Below the pieces are notes generated by a model that saw nothing but the letters and a program-made list of their open reading frames with translations, was not told the DNA's origin and did no database searches. Source: Longimicrobiales bacterium (GTDB lineage: Bacteria; Gemmatimonadota; Gemmatimonadetes; Longimicrobiales; Gaopeijiaceae). Taken from it: DNA of 64,000 nt. Made by a program: the position numbers and the translations under genes. The stretch covers positions 1,536,001 to 1,600,000 of the forward strand of contig CBDDCX010000008.1 in assembly GCA_965226375.1 (NCBI GenBank). The letters are read 5' to 3'. How positions within the stretch are numbered: the first letter of the stretch is position 1; each line of letters opens with the position of its first letter. Below are positions 10,862-21,435 of this stretch, one piece after another.

Positions 10862-12454
10862 GTGAGAAACTCAGTCCTGATTGCGTTCATCACAGTCGGT
10901 GTCGGCGCTTGCACAGGGGGTGGGGCCTCCACCTCCACCCCCGCCCCCGCAGCACGGCCGGCCCAGCCCGAAGCGGTCTCCTCCGTGGCGGATTACTCGG
11001 GAGCGATGACCCGCGCGGCCGCCACCATCAGGCCGAACCGGATCCAGGAGCACATAACGTACCTGGCGAGCGACGAACTGGGCGGACGCGACACCCCGAG
11101 TCCCGGCCTGGAAATGGCCGCCGAGTACCTGGCCGCCGAGTTGGAGAGCGCCGGCCTCGAGCCCGCCGGAGACGACGGGACGTTCCTTCAGCGCTTCCCC
11201 TACACTCGCACTGCCATGGTGGTCGGGCGTCGGCGGGTGGCCTACGACAGTCCGTCCGGAACGACGCAACTCGAGTTTGGGGGGGACTACTACGTGATCC
11301 CGGGGCAACAGGTCGCCGAAGGAGCCGAGGTGGTCTTCGGTGGGCCGGCCGGGCAGCCGCCCGACGGTCTCGTGCAGGTGGCCCGGGGCAAGGTGCTTCT
11401 CTTCACCACGGAGGGAAACCCGGTGGTGGGACCCGGCGAAGCTCTCCTTGCCGCGTTCCAGGTGGCAGCACAAGGTGGCGCCTCGGCCCTGGTCCTTCTC
11501 CTCGATGACACCAACGCTCCGGACAGCATTCTCGATCTCGCGAGCGGAATCCAAGGTGCGGGGTTGGCCACGCCGCTGCCGGTAGTCGGGCTGTCCGCCG
11601 CTCGGTCTCGCGAGCTGTTCTCGGCTGCCGGCCTGGATCTGCCGGCCTTGCGAGCGTCCCCTCCGGCGAGCGCCGTCACCCTGGAGGGAGTCACCATGAC
11701 GGTGGCCGCACCGTTCGAGATCTCCGAGCACACTCCCCCCAACGTGGTAGCCATGCTCAGAGGAAACGATCCGGTTCTCCAGGACGAGTACATCGTGTAT
11801 AGCGCACACTTCGACCACGTGGGCATCGGCATGCCGAACGAGGCGGGCGACTCCATCTACAATGGCGCCGACGACGACGCGTCGGGCACGTCCGTACTCC
11901 TGGAGGCGGCCGCCGCGTTCGCGGCCATGGACGTGCCACCGGCACGTTCCGTGATCTTCCTCGCCGTGAGCGGCGAAGAAAAGGGACTCCTCGGCTCCAA
12001 GTACTTCTCAGAAAACCCGACCGTGCCCATCGAGGGGATCATCATGAACATCAACCTCGACATGGTGGGCAGAAACCATCCCGACACCCTCATCGGCGTG
12101 GGTCGGCAATACACCAACCTCGGCCCCCTTACGGATCGCATCCTGGAGGAGCATCCGGAGCTCGGACTTACGGTCATCGAAGATCCCAAGCCCGAGGAGC
12201 AGGCGTTCTTCCGCAGCGATCACCTTCACTTCGTCAACAAGGACATTCCGGCGATCTTCTTCACCACCTGGGACCACGAGGACTACCACAAGCCCTCCGA
12301 TGAAGCCCACCTGATCGACTCGGAGAAGGCGGCGCGAATCGCGAAGCTGGTGTTCTACCTCGGCGCACGCATCGCCGGTGGAGACGAAGATCCGCAGTGG
12401 ACAGAGACCGGCCTGGCCGAGGTGCAACAGATCATCGCCGAAAACGGGAACTGA
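10862..12454 (+). CDS. M28 family peptidase lipoprotein with PA-like insert
   Basis: VGAC lipobox; SAHFDH, NGADDDASG, GEEKGLLGS, NLDMVG, RSDH, DYHKPSD. Confidence 0.9.
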   Translation: MRNSVLIAFITVGVGACTGGGASTSTPAPAARPAQPEAVSSVADYSGAMTRAAATIRPNRIQEHITYLASDELGGRDTPSPGLEMAAEYLAAELESAGLEPAGDDGTFLQRFPYTRTAMVVGRRRVAYDSPSGTTQLEFGGDYYVIPGQQVAEGAEVVFGGPAGQPPDGLVQVARGKVLLFTTEGNPVVGPGEALLAAFQVAAQGGASALVLLLDDTNAPDSILDLASGIQGAGLATPLPVVGLSAARSRELFSAAGLDLPALRASPPASAVTLEGVTMTVAAPFEISEHTPPNVVAMLRGNDPVLQDEYIVYSAHFDHVGIGMPNEAGDSIYNGADDDASGTSVLLEAAAAFAAMDVPPARSVIFLAVSGEEKGLLGSKYFSENPTVPIEGIIMNINLDMVGRNHPDTLIGVGRQYTNLGPLTDRILEEHPELGLTVIEDPKPEEQAFFRSDHLHFVNKDIPAIFFTTWDHEDYHKPSDEAHLIDSEKAARIAKLVFYLGARIAGGDEDPQWTETGLAEVQQIIAENGN

Positions 12455-12469
12455 TCGGGTTAGTCCACA

Positions 12470-13726
12470 CTAGGATCCCCTACGGCCCCGCTCGCCGGTT
12501 CGGGGGGCCCGGGGGACGACCACCCACTGGCCGATCTGCAGCCGCCGCGGCTCGATGCCCGGGTTGGCTGCCTGCAACAGACCCAGGCTCACGCCGTACC
12601 GCACCGCGATGTGGCTGAACGTCTCACCACTCTGGACCCGGTGCTCCAGGAAGCTGACGCGTCGTTCCGGGGGGATCAGGGCGTAGTTTTCTTCGAACAC
12701 ACGGCCCTGGCCTTCGGGCACCCGCACGATCGTCTCCCGATCGGGTGGTGTGAATCCTCGCACGAGCTGCGGATTCAGCTCCTCGATGGCCTCCTGCCGG
12801 CTCTCAGCCGCTTGTGCGATCACGTCCACGGACGTCGCATCCGGGACCGTGACCTTCTCGAAGCGGAGCGGAGTCGTGGAAGGCGGCTCGAACCCGTACC
12901 GTTCGGGAGATCCCGCCAAGGTCGAGGCAGCGAGAAGCTTCGGGATAAAGTCGCGTGTCTCAGCCGGAAGCGCTTCGTAAAGCACCAGAAAGAGGCTGTC
13001 CCCCTGAGGCGCAAGCGGGGCCCGGCTCCTCAGAATACGCGAGACACGAGCCGGCCGTTACGCGAGACACGAGCCGGCCCGGCGTTGTATGCGGCGAGCG
13101 CAAGATACCAGGAGCCGAATCGCTCGTAGTGCTCCGCCAGGACGTCCAGAGCCTTGGGAGTGGATCGCACCGGGTCCCGGCGTTCGTCGAGTAGTGGACT
13201 CACCGTCAATCCGACATCGCAGGTGGCGTTGTATGCGGCGTCCGCAAGCTCAGGAGCCGAACGTAGTGCCACAGACCCACAGCGGACGCATCGCGCGCCG
13301 TCCCGCTCATGGGCTTCGGGCGGCCGGAGCATACCCGCTCTCGATGATGGGCCAGTAGCGAAGGGAGCGCGGGAGCCCCCTGGCCGCGATTTCCCGATCC
13401 ACGACCTCGCGGTACCGCTCCATGCGAGTCAGGTACAGCTGAAAGTCCCGGGCTCCCGGCCCGGTCCAGCGTTCGATCCAGCGTTCCGTGCGATCGGCCA
13501 ACGTCGGGTGACGCGCCCAGCGGGAACCGAGGATGGGATCTCGCACCACCTCTGGAGGTTCGGTGAGAACGGGGCCTCGCCCGGCGTCGAGAAATGCGGG
13601 CCGATCCGACTTCAGGGCGGGCCCCGGGACCGAGGGAGGGGGATCGGGCATACCGGCCGCGCAGCCCACCCCGAGCCACGAAGCCGTCGCGGCCACGACG
13701 GTCCGGAGTACCCGGCCCCTATTCAT
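12470..13726 (-). pseudogene. MltD-like lytic transglycosylase (SLT + LysM), disrupted
   Basis: Pieces in different frames: lipoprotein N-terminus to IIESGY; AVGLW; DERRDP...LAAYNAG; ETRDFIPK...LysM (HRVQSGETFSHIA). Broken by a rearranged segment at about 13220-13311 and a 23-bp insertion at 13036-13079. Confidence 0.85.
13036..13079. repeat. 21-bp tandem duplication with 2-bp spacer
   Basis: tacgcgagacacgagccggcc at 13036-13056 and 13059-13079. Removing 23 bp restores AGPARVSRILRSRAPLAPQGDSLFLVLYEALP. Confidence 0.9.
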
Positions 13727-13894
13727 CTAGGCGAGCACTTGATCCACCGCACTCAAGAGGCGATCCACGGCCTCGTCCGTGGCGCTCGACCCCATGCCGA
13801 CGGTGGGGTGGGCCATGGCAGACAGAACCCGGTCCGAGACGGGAGAGGGGCCGGGACCCAGCAGGAGCCGAGCCGGTATGTCGTGTACTCGCAT
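13727..13894 (-). pseudogene. Class V (alanine-glyoxylate/serine-pyruvate) aminotransferase remnant, N- and C-termini fused in frame
   Basis: 55 aa: MRVHDIPARLLLGPGPSPVSDRVLSAMAHPTVG (family N-terminus) joined to MGSSATDEAVDRLLSAVDQVLA (family C-terminus); PLP-binding core absent. Confidence 0.8.
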
Positions 13895-13911
13895 AAAGTG
13901 GGTGTGCCGGC

Positions 13912-15369
13912 CTACATATGGTAGTTGGGGGCTTCCCGAGTGATCGTGACGTCGTGGGGATGAGACTCCCGAAGACCGCCGGGGGTCACGCGTACGAATC
14001 TGGCCTTCTCCCAAAGCTCGCGGAGGTTCGCGGCCCCGCAATAGCCCATACCGCTTTGGAGTCCGCCCACAAGTTGGAATACCGAGTCCGCCATGGGGCC
14101 CTTGTACGGCACACGAGCCTCGATCCCCTCGGGCACCAGCTTGTGCTTCTCCGTCCCGGGATCCTGGAAATAACGGTCCGCCGAGCCCTCTTGCATGGCG
14201 GACAGCGAGCCCATTCCCCGCACCGTCTTGAAGCGACGTCCCTCCATGAGAAAACTTTCGCCCGGAGACTCCTCGGTGCCCGCGAACATGGACCCCATCA
14301 TCACCGACTGGGCTCCCGCCGCCAGCGCCTTGACCAGGTCCCCGGAGTAACGGATGCCTCCGTCTGCTATCACGGGAATCTCACCCTGTACGCCCTCTAC
14401 CGCGTCCATGATGGCCGTCAACTGCGGTAGGCCCACCCCTGTCACGATCCGCGTCGTACAGATCGACCCCGGCCCCACGCCGACCTTGATGGCGTCGGCG
14501 CCTCTCTCGAGCAGGGCGGCGGCGCCTTCGGTGGTTCCGATATTTCCGGCCACGATCTGTGCATCGGGGAACTTCTCCCGGGTGCGCGCCACGGCCTGGA
14601 GCACACCCTCCGCATGGCCATGAGCGGTATCGATCACCAGGGCGTCGACCCCGGCCGCCACGAGCTCGGCGGCGCGATCCAGGTCCTTGTGCGACGCCCC
14701 GATCGCCGCGCCCACCCGAAGACGCCCGTGTTCGTCCTTGCAGGAATTCGGAAAGAGGCGGCGCTTGAAGATGTCCTTGACCGTAATCAAGCCCTGGAGA
14801 ATCCCTTCGTCATCGACCACAGGGAGCTTTTCGATACGGTGCTGGTGGAGGATCTTCTCCGCGTCCTCCAGGGTCGTGCCCACGGGCGCCACCACCAGAC
14901 CTTCTGCCGTCATGACGTCATGAATCGTGCGATCGAGATCGGTCTCGAACTGGAGATCGCGATTCGTGACGATCCCGATCAGGCGGCCACCTTCTTCGAT
15001 GATCGGCACTCCCGAGATCGAGAAGCGTGCCATGAGCCCGTGAGCGTCACGTAGCGTCTTGTCCGGAGGCAGCGTGATGGGATCTCTGATCATGCCGCTC
15101 TCGGACCGTTTGACCCGGTCGACTTCCTCGGCTTGCCGCTCGATGGAGAGATTCTTGTGAATGATCCCCAGCCCCCCCTGCCGAGCGATGGCAATGGCCA
15201 TACCCGACTCGGTCACCGTATCCATCGCGGCGGTAAGGAGAGGGATCTGGAGTTGGATATCCTTTGTCAGGGAAGAGGTGACCGAGGTGTCCTTCGGGTG
15301 CACGGTCGAATGCCCGGGCACGAGAAGCACGTCATCAAACGTCAGGGATTCCTTGACTATCACCGCCAT
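13912..15369 (-). CDS. guaB: Inosine-5'-monophosphate dehydrogenase
   Basis: [17 protein letters not shown], two CBS domains, [16 protein letters not shown]. Start may be 15390, 15369 or 15363. Confidence 0.98.
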   Translation of the reverse strand: MAVIVKESLTFDDVLLVPGHSTVHPKDTSVTSSLTKDIQLQIPLLTAAMDTVTESGMAIAIARQGGLGIIHKNLSIERQAEEVDRVKRSESGMIRDPITLPPDKTLRDAHGLMARFSISGVPIIEEGGRLIGIVTNRDLQFETDLDRTIHDVMTAEGLVVAPVGTTLEDAEKILHQHRIEKLPVVDDEGILQGLITVKDIFKRRLFPNSCKDEHGRLRVGAAIGASHKDLDRAAELVAAGVDALVIDTAHGHAEGVLQAVARTREKFPDAQIVAGNIGTTEGAAALLERGADAIKVGVGPGSICTTRIVTGVGLPQLTAIMDAVEGVQGEIPVIADGGIRYSGDLVKALAAGAQSVMMGSMFAGTEESPGESFLMEGRRFKTVRGMGSLSAMQEGSADRYFQDPGTEKHKLVPEGIEARVPYKGPMADSVFQLVGGLQSGMGYCGAANLRELWEKARFVRVTPGGLRESHPHDVTITREAPNYHM

Positions 15370-15466
15370 GAGGTCATTCCGATCACCCATAAACGAGACG
15401 CCCGCCCACCCGAAGTCTCCAGCAGAGACCCCCGGCGAACAGGCGCAGTATTGGCTACCATGGAAG

Positions 15467-15496
15467 ATCTTACCCGAAGGCGTCTCGGGGTGTCAA
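15467..15496 (-). promoter_or_regulatory. Putative sigma70 promoter for guaB operon
   Basis: Minus strand TTGACA-18 nt-TAAGAT. Confidence 0.6.
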
Positions 15497-15882
15497 CCCT
15501 CCTCTTTCGGAGCGTCGTCGGAGTGTTCGTCTCCGTCGTTTTCCGCTTCGTCCAAGCTCGGGTCCTCCGACCCGGAGGGCTCTCCGAGGGACGGCGTCAG
15601 TTCCTCGAGGAGTTGCTTACCGGCCGATGACACATTCGAGAGGACCCGATCGGCCGCGGATATGAGCTGAAACGCCTCCCTCAGCGTCGCGGGGCTCATA
15701 GCCTTCTTCCGGAGCTTGTCCTCCATGGACTCCGCAAACTTCTGAAGCCCCGAGGCTTCCTGGGCGATATCGGTGGCGTACTTACCTTCGAGGAACTCGA
15801 TGTAGTCGAGGATTTGGTACACCTGCTCCTCAGGCAGACTCTCGATCTTCCGCATCAGGCGTTGCCGGAGTACGTCGTGCAT
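15493..15882 (-). CDS. Hypothetical protein (DUF2281-like N-terminus)
   Basis: 129-aa ORF with KIESLPEEQVYQILDYIEFL helix pair and an acidic tail. Confidence 0.7.
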   Translation of the reverse strand: MHDVLRQRLMRKIESLPEEQVYQILDYIEFLEGKYATDIAQEASGLQKFAESMEDKLRKKAMSPATLREAFQLISAADRVLSNVSSAGKQLLEELTPSLGEPSGSEDPSLDEAENDGDEHSDDAPKEEG

Positions 15883-16043
15883 GGTCGATCTTCCCGAATC
15901 GGTTACAGTTCCCGGTCCAGACGGGCCCAGAGCAAGTTAACACGGCCCCCGGGGGAGAGGCGACGGCTTCGCCTGGCGGATCGCAGCCCCTATCGTCCAC
16001 CGTCGCCCCGGAACTCCCTTGTCCCTACGGGGCTAAACGCCCA

Positions 16044-16865
16044 ATGGTTTTCCTCCCCAATCGCAGAGTCGACATCGCCGACGAAGCCGCTCGTCTCTAC
16101 GTGGCCTGGCTCGGCTCCATCGAGGAACGTCTCGAGGATCCCTCGTGCGATCGCTATGAACTGTGCCGCTCGGTTCTGACGGAGATCCACTATCCGGAGC
16201 TGGTTGGAGTGGATCTCCAGACACTCCCCCTATCGACACAGGTGTTACTGGCACAGATGGACGCGCGCAGCGTCACGCTGGAGCCCGAGTATTACGCCGA
16301 GACAGACCTCGAGCGGTACGACCTGGTCAAGCCCCTCATCTGGATGTGGGAGGGGTTCGACCGGAGCGCTCTGGGAGAGAACGTGCACCTGGGGGTCAAG
16401 TTCCGGAGGATGCTCGCGAAGCGCATCTTCCGGAGGTGTGGAGACAACTTCAAGGCCTTTCACCATGTGAAGCTGTCCTTCGGCTACAACATGGACGTGG
16501 GCGACAATGTCGTGGTCCACCGGCACGTGCTCCTCGACGACCGGGGTGGCATCCAACTCGGAAACGGCGCTTCCATCTCCGACTTTGCCAACATCTACAG
16601 TCACTCCCACGACCTGGTCGAGGGGCGGGACATCACCACTCCGGTGACCGTTATCGGCGCCGGAGTCCGGATCACCTACCACGCCACCGTCATGTCTGGA
16701 GTCCATATCGCAGACGGTACCATGCTAGGATCGTTCGGAATGGCCACCCGTGACACAGAACCCGAGAGTATCTACGCGGGCATCCCGGCAAAGAAGATCA
16801 AGGACAAACCGTCTCGGGAGCGTCCGCCGCCTACCCGAGATCCGTTGGCGGACGACGGCGACTAG
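16044..16865 (+). CDS. Hexapeptide-repeat (left-handed beta-helix) acyltransferase
   Basis: VGDNVVV, IQLGNGASI, YSHSH, VIGAGVRI, IYAGIPAK. Confidence 0.85.
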   Translation: MVFLPNRRVDIADEAARLYVAWLGSIEERLEDPSCDRYELCRSVLTEIHYPELVGVDLQTLPLSTQVLLAQMDARSVTLEPEYYAETDLERYDLVKPLIWMWEGFDRSALGENVHLGVKFRRMLAKRIFRRCGDNFKAFHHVKLSFGYNMDVGDNVVVHRHVLLDDRGGIQLGNGASISDFANIYSHSHDLVEGRDITTPVTVIGAGVRITYHATVMSGVHIADGTMLGSFGMATRDTEPESIYAGIPAKKIKDKPSRERPPPTRDPLADDGD

Positions 16866-16870
16866 CGCGG

Positions 16871-18829
16871 CTACCCCTCCTCGGCTTCGTACTGCGCCTG
16901 AAGGCGCGCCACGACCTCCGGGTCCGCCAGGGTGGTCGTGTCACCCAGCGCATGGCCTTCAGCCACATCCTTCAGCAAACGTCTCATGATCTTGCCGGAT
17001 CGCGTCTTTGGAAGGTCCGCAGTAAAGACGACGATCTCGGGGCGGGCAATAGCGCCGATCTTGCCGGCGACGTGGGCCTTCAGCTCCTTTACCAGATCGT
17101 CACTGCCGTCCCGGCCCTGTCCTAACGTCACGAAGGCGGCAATCGACTGACCCTTCACGTCGTGCGTCTTAGCCACGACGGCGGCCTCGACCACGGCCTC
17201 ATGATCGACTAACGCGCTCTCCACCTCCATGGTACCGATTCTGTGGCCGGCAACGTTGAGAACGTCATCCACGCGGCCCAGAATCCAGAGGTAGCCGTCA
17301 TCGTCGAACTTGGCACCGTCTCCGGGAAAGTAGATCCCGTCCCATTTGGACCAGTACGTCTCGCGGTAGCGTTCTTCGTCTCCGTAGATCGTACGCAACA
17401 TGGAGGGCCAGGGCCGCGTGATGGCAAGGAACCCCGCCGTCACCTCATTCCCGTTGTTGTCGAGAAGGGCGGCCGAAATGCCGGGAAAGGGCTCGGTCGC
17501 GCTGCCCGGGCGGGTCGTGGTCACCGCGGGTAGCGGAGTGATCATGATCGCCCCGGTCTCGGTCTGCCACCACGTGTCGACGATGGGACAACGCTCACCT
17601 CCGATCACCTCGTGATACCACATCCAAGCCTCGGGATTGATCGGCTCCCCGACAGATCCAAGGAGCCTCAGCTTGGACAGGTCGTGCTTCGCGGGCCACT
17701 CGTCACCCCACTTCATGAAGGCCCGAATCGCTGTGGGAGCGGTGTAGAAGACCGTGACCCCATACTTGTCACACAACTCCCAGAACCGGTCGTTCTCAGG
17801 CCAGTTGGGAGCGCCCTCATACATGAGGGCCGTGGTCCCGTTCGACAGCGGTCCGTAGACGATGTAGCTGTGCCCCGTAACCCAACCCACATCAGCGGTG
17901 CACCAGTAGACGTCATCTTCTCTGAGATCGAAGACACATTTTGTGGTGGCGTTGACCTGGGTCAGATACCCACCCGTCGTGTGCACGACTCCTTTGGGCT
18001 TACCGGTGGTCCCGGAGGTGTAGAGGATGTAGAGCAGATCCTCCGAGTCCATCACCTCGGGCGGACAGTCAGTGCCGGCGTCGGCCACGAGTTCGTGGTA
18101 CCAGTGATCCCGGCCTTCCACCATATGTGCATCGACCTCCTGGGTGAGTGCTCCGCCGCGAGCCACGACCACCACACTCTCGATGGTGGGACACGACTCC
18201 ACGGCCACGTCGGCGTTGACCTTGAGCGGCACGATTCCACCTCGACGATACCCACCGTCGGCAGTGATCAGCGCCTTGGCCTCGGCGTCGTTGATTCGGT
18301 CGGACAGGGACTCGGGACTGAAGCCGCCGAAGACCACCGAATGCGGCGCACCGATCCGGGCGCAGGCCAGCATGGCGATGGCCGCCTCAGGGATCATGGG
18401 CAAGTAGATGGCCACTCGATCCCCCTTCCCCACCCCCAGGCCCTTCAGGGCGTTGGCGAACCGGCACACCTCCGCGTGCAGCTCGCAGTAGGTGTAGGAG
18501 CGAGTGTCGCCGGGTTCTCCCTCCCAGATCAAGGCAGGCTTGTCGCGACGGGGACCGTCGAGGTGACGATCCAAACAGTTGTGGGAGACGTTGAGCTTGC
18601 CGCCCACAAACCACTTCGCGTGAGGTGGATTCCATTCGAGAACCGTGTGCCACTTCTCGAACCAATCGAGCTCCTCCGCCCAGGATTCCCAGAAGGCGAG
18701 ATAATCTTCGGAAGCCTGATCGTAGGGTCGTCGATCCACCACGACCGCGCCGTTCTTGAACTGCTCGGGTGGGGGGAAGAGACGTTCTTCGGTCAGTAGT
18801 ACATCGAGAGCTCCGCCTTCAGCACTCAT
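16871..18829 (-). CDS. acs: Acetyl-CoA synthetase
   Basis: [36 protein letters not shown]. Confidence 0.97.
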   Translation of the reverse strand: MSAEGGALDVLLTEERLFPPPEQFKNGAVVVDRRPYDQASEDYLAFWESWAEELDWFEKWHTVLEWNPPHAKWFVGGKLNVSHNCLDRHLDGPRRDKPALIWEGEPGDTRSYTYCELHAEVCRFANALKGLGVGKGDRVAIYLPMIPEAAIAMLACARIGAPHSVVFGGFSPESLSDRINDAEAKALITADGGYRRGGIVPLKVNADVAVESCPTIESVVVVARGGALTQEVDAHMVEGRDHWYHELVADAGTDCPPEVMDSEDLLYILYTSGTTGKPKGVVHTTGGYLTQVNATTKCVFDLREDDVYWCTADVGWVTGHSYIVYGPLSNGTTALMYEGAPNWPENDRFWELCDKYGVTVFYTAPTAIRAFMKWGDEWPAKHDLSKLRLLGSVGEPINPEAWMWYHEVIGGERCPIVDTWWQTETGAIMITPLPAVTTTRPGSATEPFPGISAALLDNNGNEVTAGFLAITRPWPSMLRTIYGDEERYRETYWSKWDGIYFPGDGAKFDDDGYLWILGRVDDVLNVAGHRIGTMEVESALVDHEAVVEAAVVAKTHDVKGQSIAAFVTLGQGRDGSDDLVKELKAHVAGKIGAIARPEIVVFTADLPKTRSGKIMRRLLKDVAEGHALGDTTTLADPEVVARLQAQYEAEEG

Positions 18830-19386
18830 TCATCCTCCAAGTGTGGGATAATGAAATCGTCGTGTACCAACGCTCGTTCAAACGCGGCGACGGTGGCGGA
18901 CGCTAGCGCCGAAACCGCATCCGCTCCGGCCCTCATCGCCTTGGCGGGAATCCGGAGCTTGAGACGGATCTCACTCTCGGCGCCGTCCGGATCGTCATCC
19001 GACCCATCCATACGCAATCGTACCGTAAAGGGCGTTCGATGTCCCTCGGGCATGCACTGTGCGCTCACCTTGGCAAGGGCGGAAAGGAAGTCCTTCATGG
19101 GCCCGAGACGGGAAAGCTCCGGACCTTCCACAACCAGGGCCAGATTGCCCCTGAGACCCTTCGTCGTCTCGTCCAGGAACACGTCGACGCTCACGATGTC
19201 CGGAAACCTCGCGTTGTGGAAAAAGAGGTAGGCGCTCCTGGAGCTCTGCCCATCCCATCGACCCTCGAACTGATGGCTGGTCGTCTTCTGTAGACCCGAC
19301 AGATTCCACCCGGCCCCGGATACCCCCTCCCGAACAGCATCGATGAGTGGCTCGAGGGTCAAAAGCGGTTCGCTCGTCGTCGTCAT
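18826..19386 (-). CDS. Hypothetical protein
   Basis: 186-aa ORF overlapping the acs start (ATGA); protein-like composition. Confidence 0.7.
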   Translation of the reverse strand: MTTTSEPLLTLEPLIDAVREGVSGAGWNLSGLQKTTSHQFEGRWDGQSSRSAYLFFHNARFPDIVSVDVFLDETTKGLRGNLALVVEGPELSRLGPMKDFLSALAKVSAQCMPEGHRTPFTVRLRMDGSDDDPDGAESEIRLKLRIPAKAMRAGADAVSALASATVAAFERALVHDDFIIPHLEDE

Positions 19387-19421
19387 GGATCACTAAAGGC
19401 GCTCTCGGGTATGGCCGCAAC

Positions 19422-19892
19422 ATGTCTACATCTTCCAGCTCGAGCGACCAGGTCCTCCGGCGGGCACTCGAGGCGCGTGGGCATCGGTTCACAGATCAGC
19501 GTGCGGCCGTCTATCGGCTCCTTGCTCACACCACCGTCCACCCCACGGCGGACGAAGTGTTTCTCGGTGTACGGGACGAGGTGCCCGGAATTTCTTTGGC
19601 CACGGTATACAAGAGTCTCGAGACCATCGTGTCTTGCGGTCTGGCCAACAAGCTGAGTCACGCCGACGGCTCGGCCCGTTATGATGGCAGGACCGATCCG
19701 CATCACCATGCCAGATGCATCACCTGCGGGTCCGTGTCCGATATTCCAGGTGAGCTCCATGATTCCGACCTCTCCTGCGTCAGTGCGGGGACCGACGGCT
19801 TCCAGGTGACCGGATATCAGCTCGAGCTCACCGGATATTGCCCTGAGTGTGCTCGAGAGTCGGATGGCGAGGCGATCGCCGCCGTCGGCTGA
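19422..19892 (+). CDS. Fur-family regulator, PerR-like
   Basis: HPTADEV, ISLATVYKSL, HHHARCxxC and C-terminal CxxC. Confidence 0.88.
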   Translation: MSTSSSSSDQVLRRALEARGHRFTDQRAAVYRLLAHTTVHPTADEVFLGVRDEVPGISLATVYKSLETIVSCGLANKLSHADGSARYDGRTDPHHHARCITCGSVSDIPGELHDSDLSCVSAGTDGFQVTGYQLELTGYCPECARESDGEAIAAVG

Positions 19893-21435
19893 CACCACGC
19901 TGGACCGTCTCGCCCGGCTCCCAGCGATCAGGGGCGAGACCCTGCTGGACGATCTCTCCCTCGCTCCCTACCGCAGTGCATCCGGACCCGTAAGCATTGC
20001 ACCGATCGCTTGCGTCCGACCGCTCGACGAGGACGATCTCTCTTCGCTCTTGTCCTGGGCCGCGAATGAAGGGATGTCGCTGATCCCGCGGGGCGCGGGC
20101 ACCGGAATGCCCGGTGGCAACGTGGGTCCCGGAGTGACGCTCGATCTCAGCACGTCGTTTACCGGCGTCGGCCCCCCTCAGCAAGAAGATCGGACGATCA
20201 AGGTCGGTGCTGGCGCCGTGGCTGCCGACGTAGAGCGGGCTGCACGATCCGTGGGACTCTTTCTGCCACCCCTCCCGTCGAGCGCCGAGAGGTGCACGAT
20301 CGGCGGCATGGTGGCGAACAACGCGGCGGGAGCACGCACCTACAAATACGGAGCGATTCGTGATTGGGTGCGGGAGCTGGAGGTCGTGATGCACGATGGA
20401 TCACAGCTTCGCTTGGTCCGGGGAAAGCGAGGACCCGGTCTGTTCGAAGCCCTGCATCGATCCCTTCAGGAAGAGATGGGTTCCGGCCCCACTTCCTGGC
20501 CATCCGTGCGTAAGAACTCCAGCGGGTATGCCCTCGATCGCTTCATGCCACAAGGAAATCCCATCGAGCTCGTGGTGGGAAGCGAGGGGACATTGGCCGT
20601 GGTCACATCGGTCACGCTCGACCTGGAGCCGGTCCCGCAAGCCACCGCGCTCGCCCTGGTGGCGGTGCACAGCCTCGACGACACCCCATCGGTGCTCGCC
20701 GAGGCGGCCACTCTGGGCGCCTCGGCCTGCGAATTCTTCGGTCGCCGCTTCCTGGAGATCACGTCCATGTCATCGCACCCCGTGGTCGGGCCGACCGTTG
20801 CGGATGCCGCGGCGGCGTTTCTCGTCGAGGTCGACGGAACGGTCGATGAAGTCAGCCGCGGTTTGGAAGCGTTGCGACGACTCGGCCGGGAGCTAGGTTC
20901 ACCTGCCGTCACGGCGTTGGACCGCACCGACCAGGAGCTTTTGTGGGAGATCCGACACGCCGCCAGTCCCGTGATCGCCGGGTGCGCCGATCGTGGCCTT
21001 CGGTCGACGCAGATCATCGAGGACTCAGTCGTCCCTACCGAGAGCTTGGGCCGATACATCACACAGCTAGACGGGATTCTCAGCAGGTGGGAGACGGATG
21101 CCGTGCTCTTCGGCCACGCCGGTGACGCGAACGTCCACGTGAATCCTCTCTTGGACGTCACCGACGCGGCATGGCGTGAACGAGCACGGGGGATTCTGGA
21201 GGATACCACGGACCTCGTTGCAGACCTGGGCGGAACGCTCGCCGGAGAGCACGGGGACGGGCGCATTAGGGCGCCACTCCTCGAGCGGATCTGGGGGGAC
21301 ACTCTTACCGGCGCGTTTTTCCGCGTCAAGGATCATTTCGACCCTGGGGGCATCCTCAACCCGGGAGTGATCGTCCCCCTTCCCGGCCAGGACCCGCTGG
21401 AAGGACTGTGGCCCGAAGCAGGCGGGTGGGCGTGA
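19864..21435 (+). CDS. FAD-linked oxidoreductase (GlcD/D-lactate dehydrogenase family)
   Basis: PRGAGTG, CTIGGMVANNAAG, GSEGTLAVV, GHAGDANVH, GEHGDG, DPGGILNPG. Confidence 0.88.
   Translation: MARRSPPSADTTLDRLARLPAIRGETLLDDLSLAPYRSASGPVSIAPIACVRPLDEDDLSSLLSWAANEGMSLIPRGAGTGMPGGNVGPGVTLDLSTSFTGVGPPQQEDRTIKVGAGAVAADVERAARSVGLFLPPLPSSAERCTIGGMVANNAAGARTYKYGAIRDWVRELEVVMHDGSQLRLVRGKRGPGLFEALHRSLQEEMGSGPTSWPSVRKNSSGYALDRFMPQGNPIELVVGSEGTLAVVTSVTLDLEPVPQATALALVAVHSLDDTPSVLAEAATLGASACEFFGRRFLEITSMSSHPVVGPTVADAAAAFLVEVDGTVDEVSRGLEALRRLGRELGSPAVTALDRTDQELLWEIRHAASPVIAGCADRGLRSTQIIEDSVVPTESLGRYITQLDGILSRWETDAVLFGHAGDANVHVNPLLDVTDAAWRERARGILEDTTDLVADLGGTLAGEHGDGRIRAPLLERIWGDTLTGAFFRVKDHFDPGGILNPGVIVPLPGQDPLEGLWPEAGGWA

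Noticed and set aside
13081..13269. Diversity-generating retroelement TR/VR pair
   Set aside because: The two copies differ by indels and short block swaps rather than adenine-specific substitutions, are only about 50 bp long, and no reverse transcriptase is in the window.
15391..15466. Canonical purine riboswitch upstream of guaB
   Set aside because: No three-way junction or conserved purine-aptamer core; only a long hairpin, reported separately.
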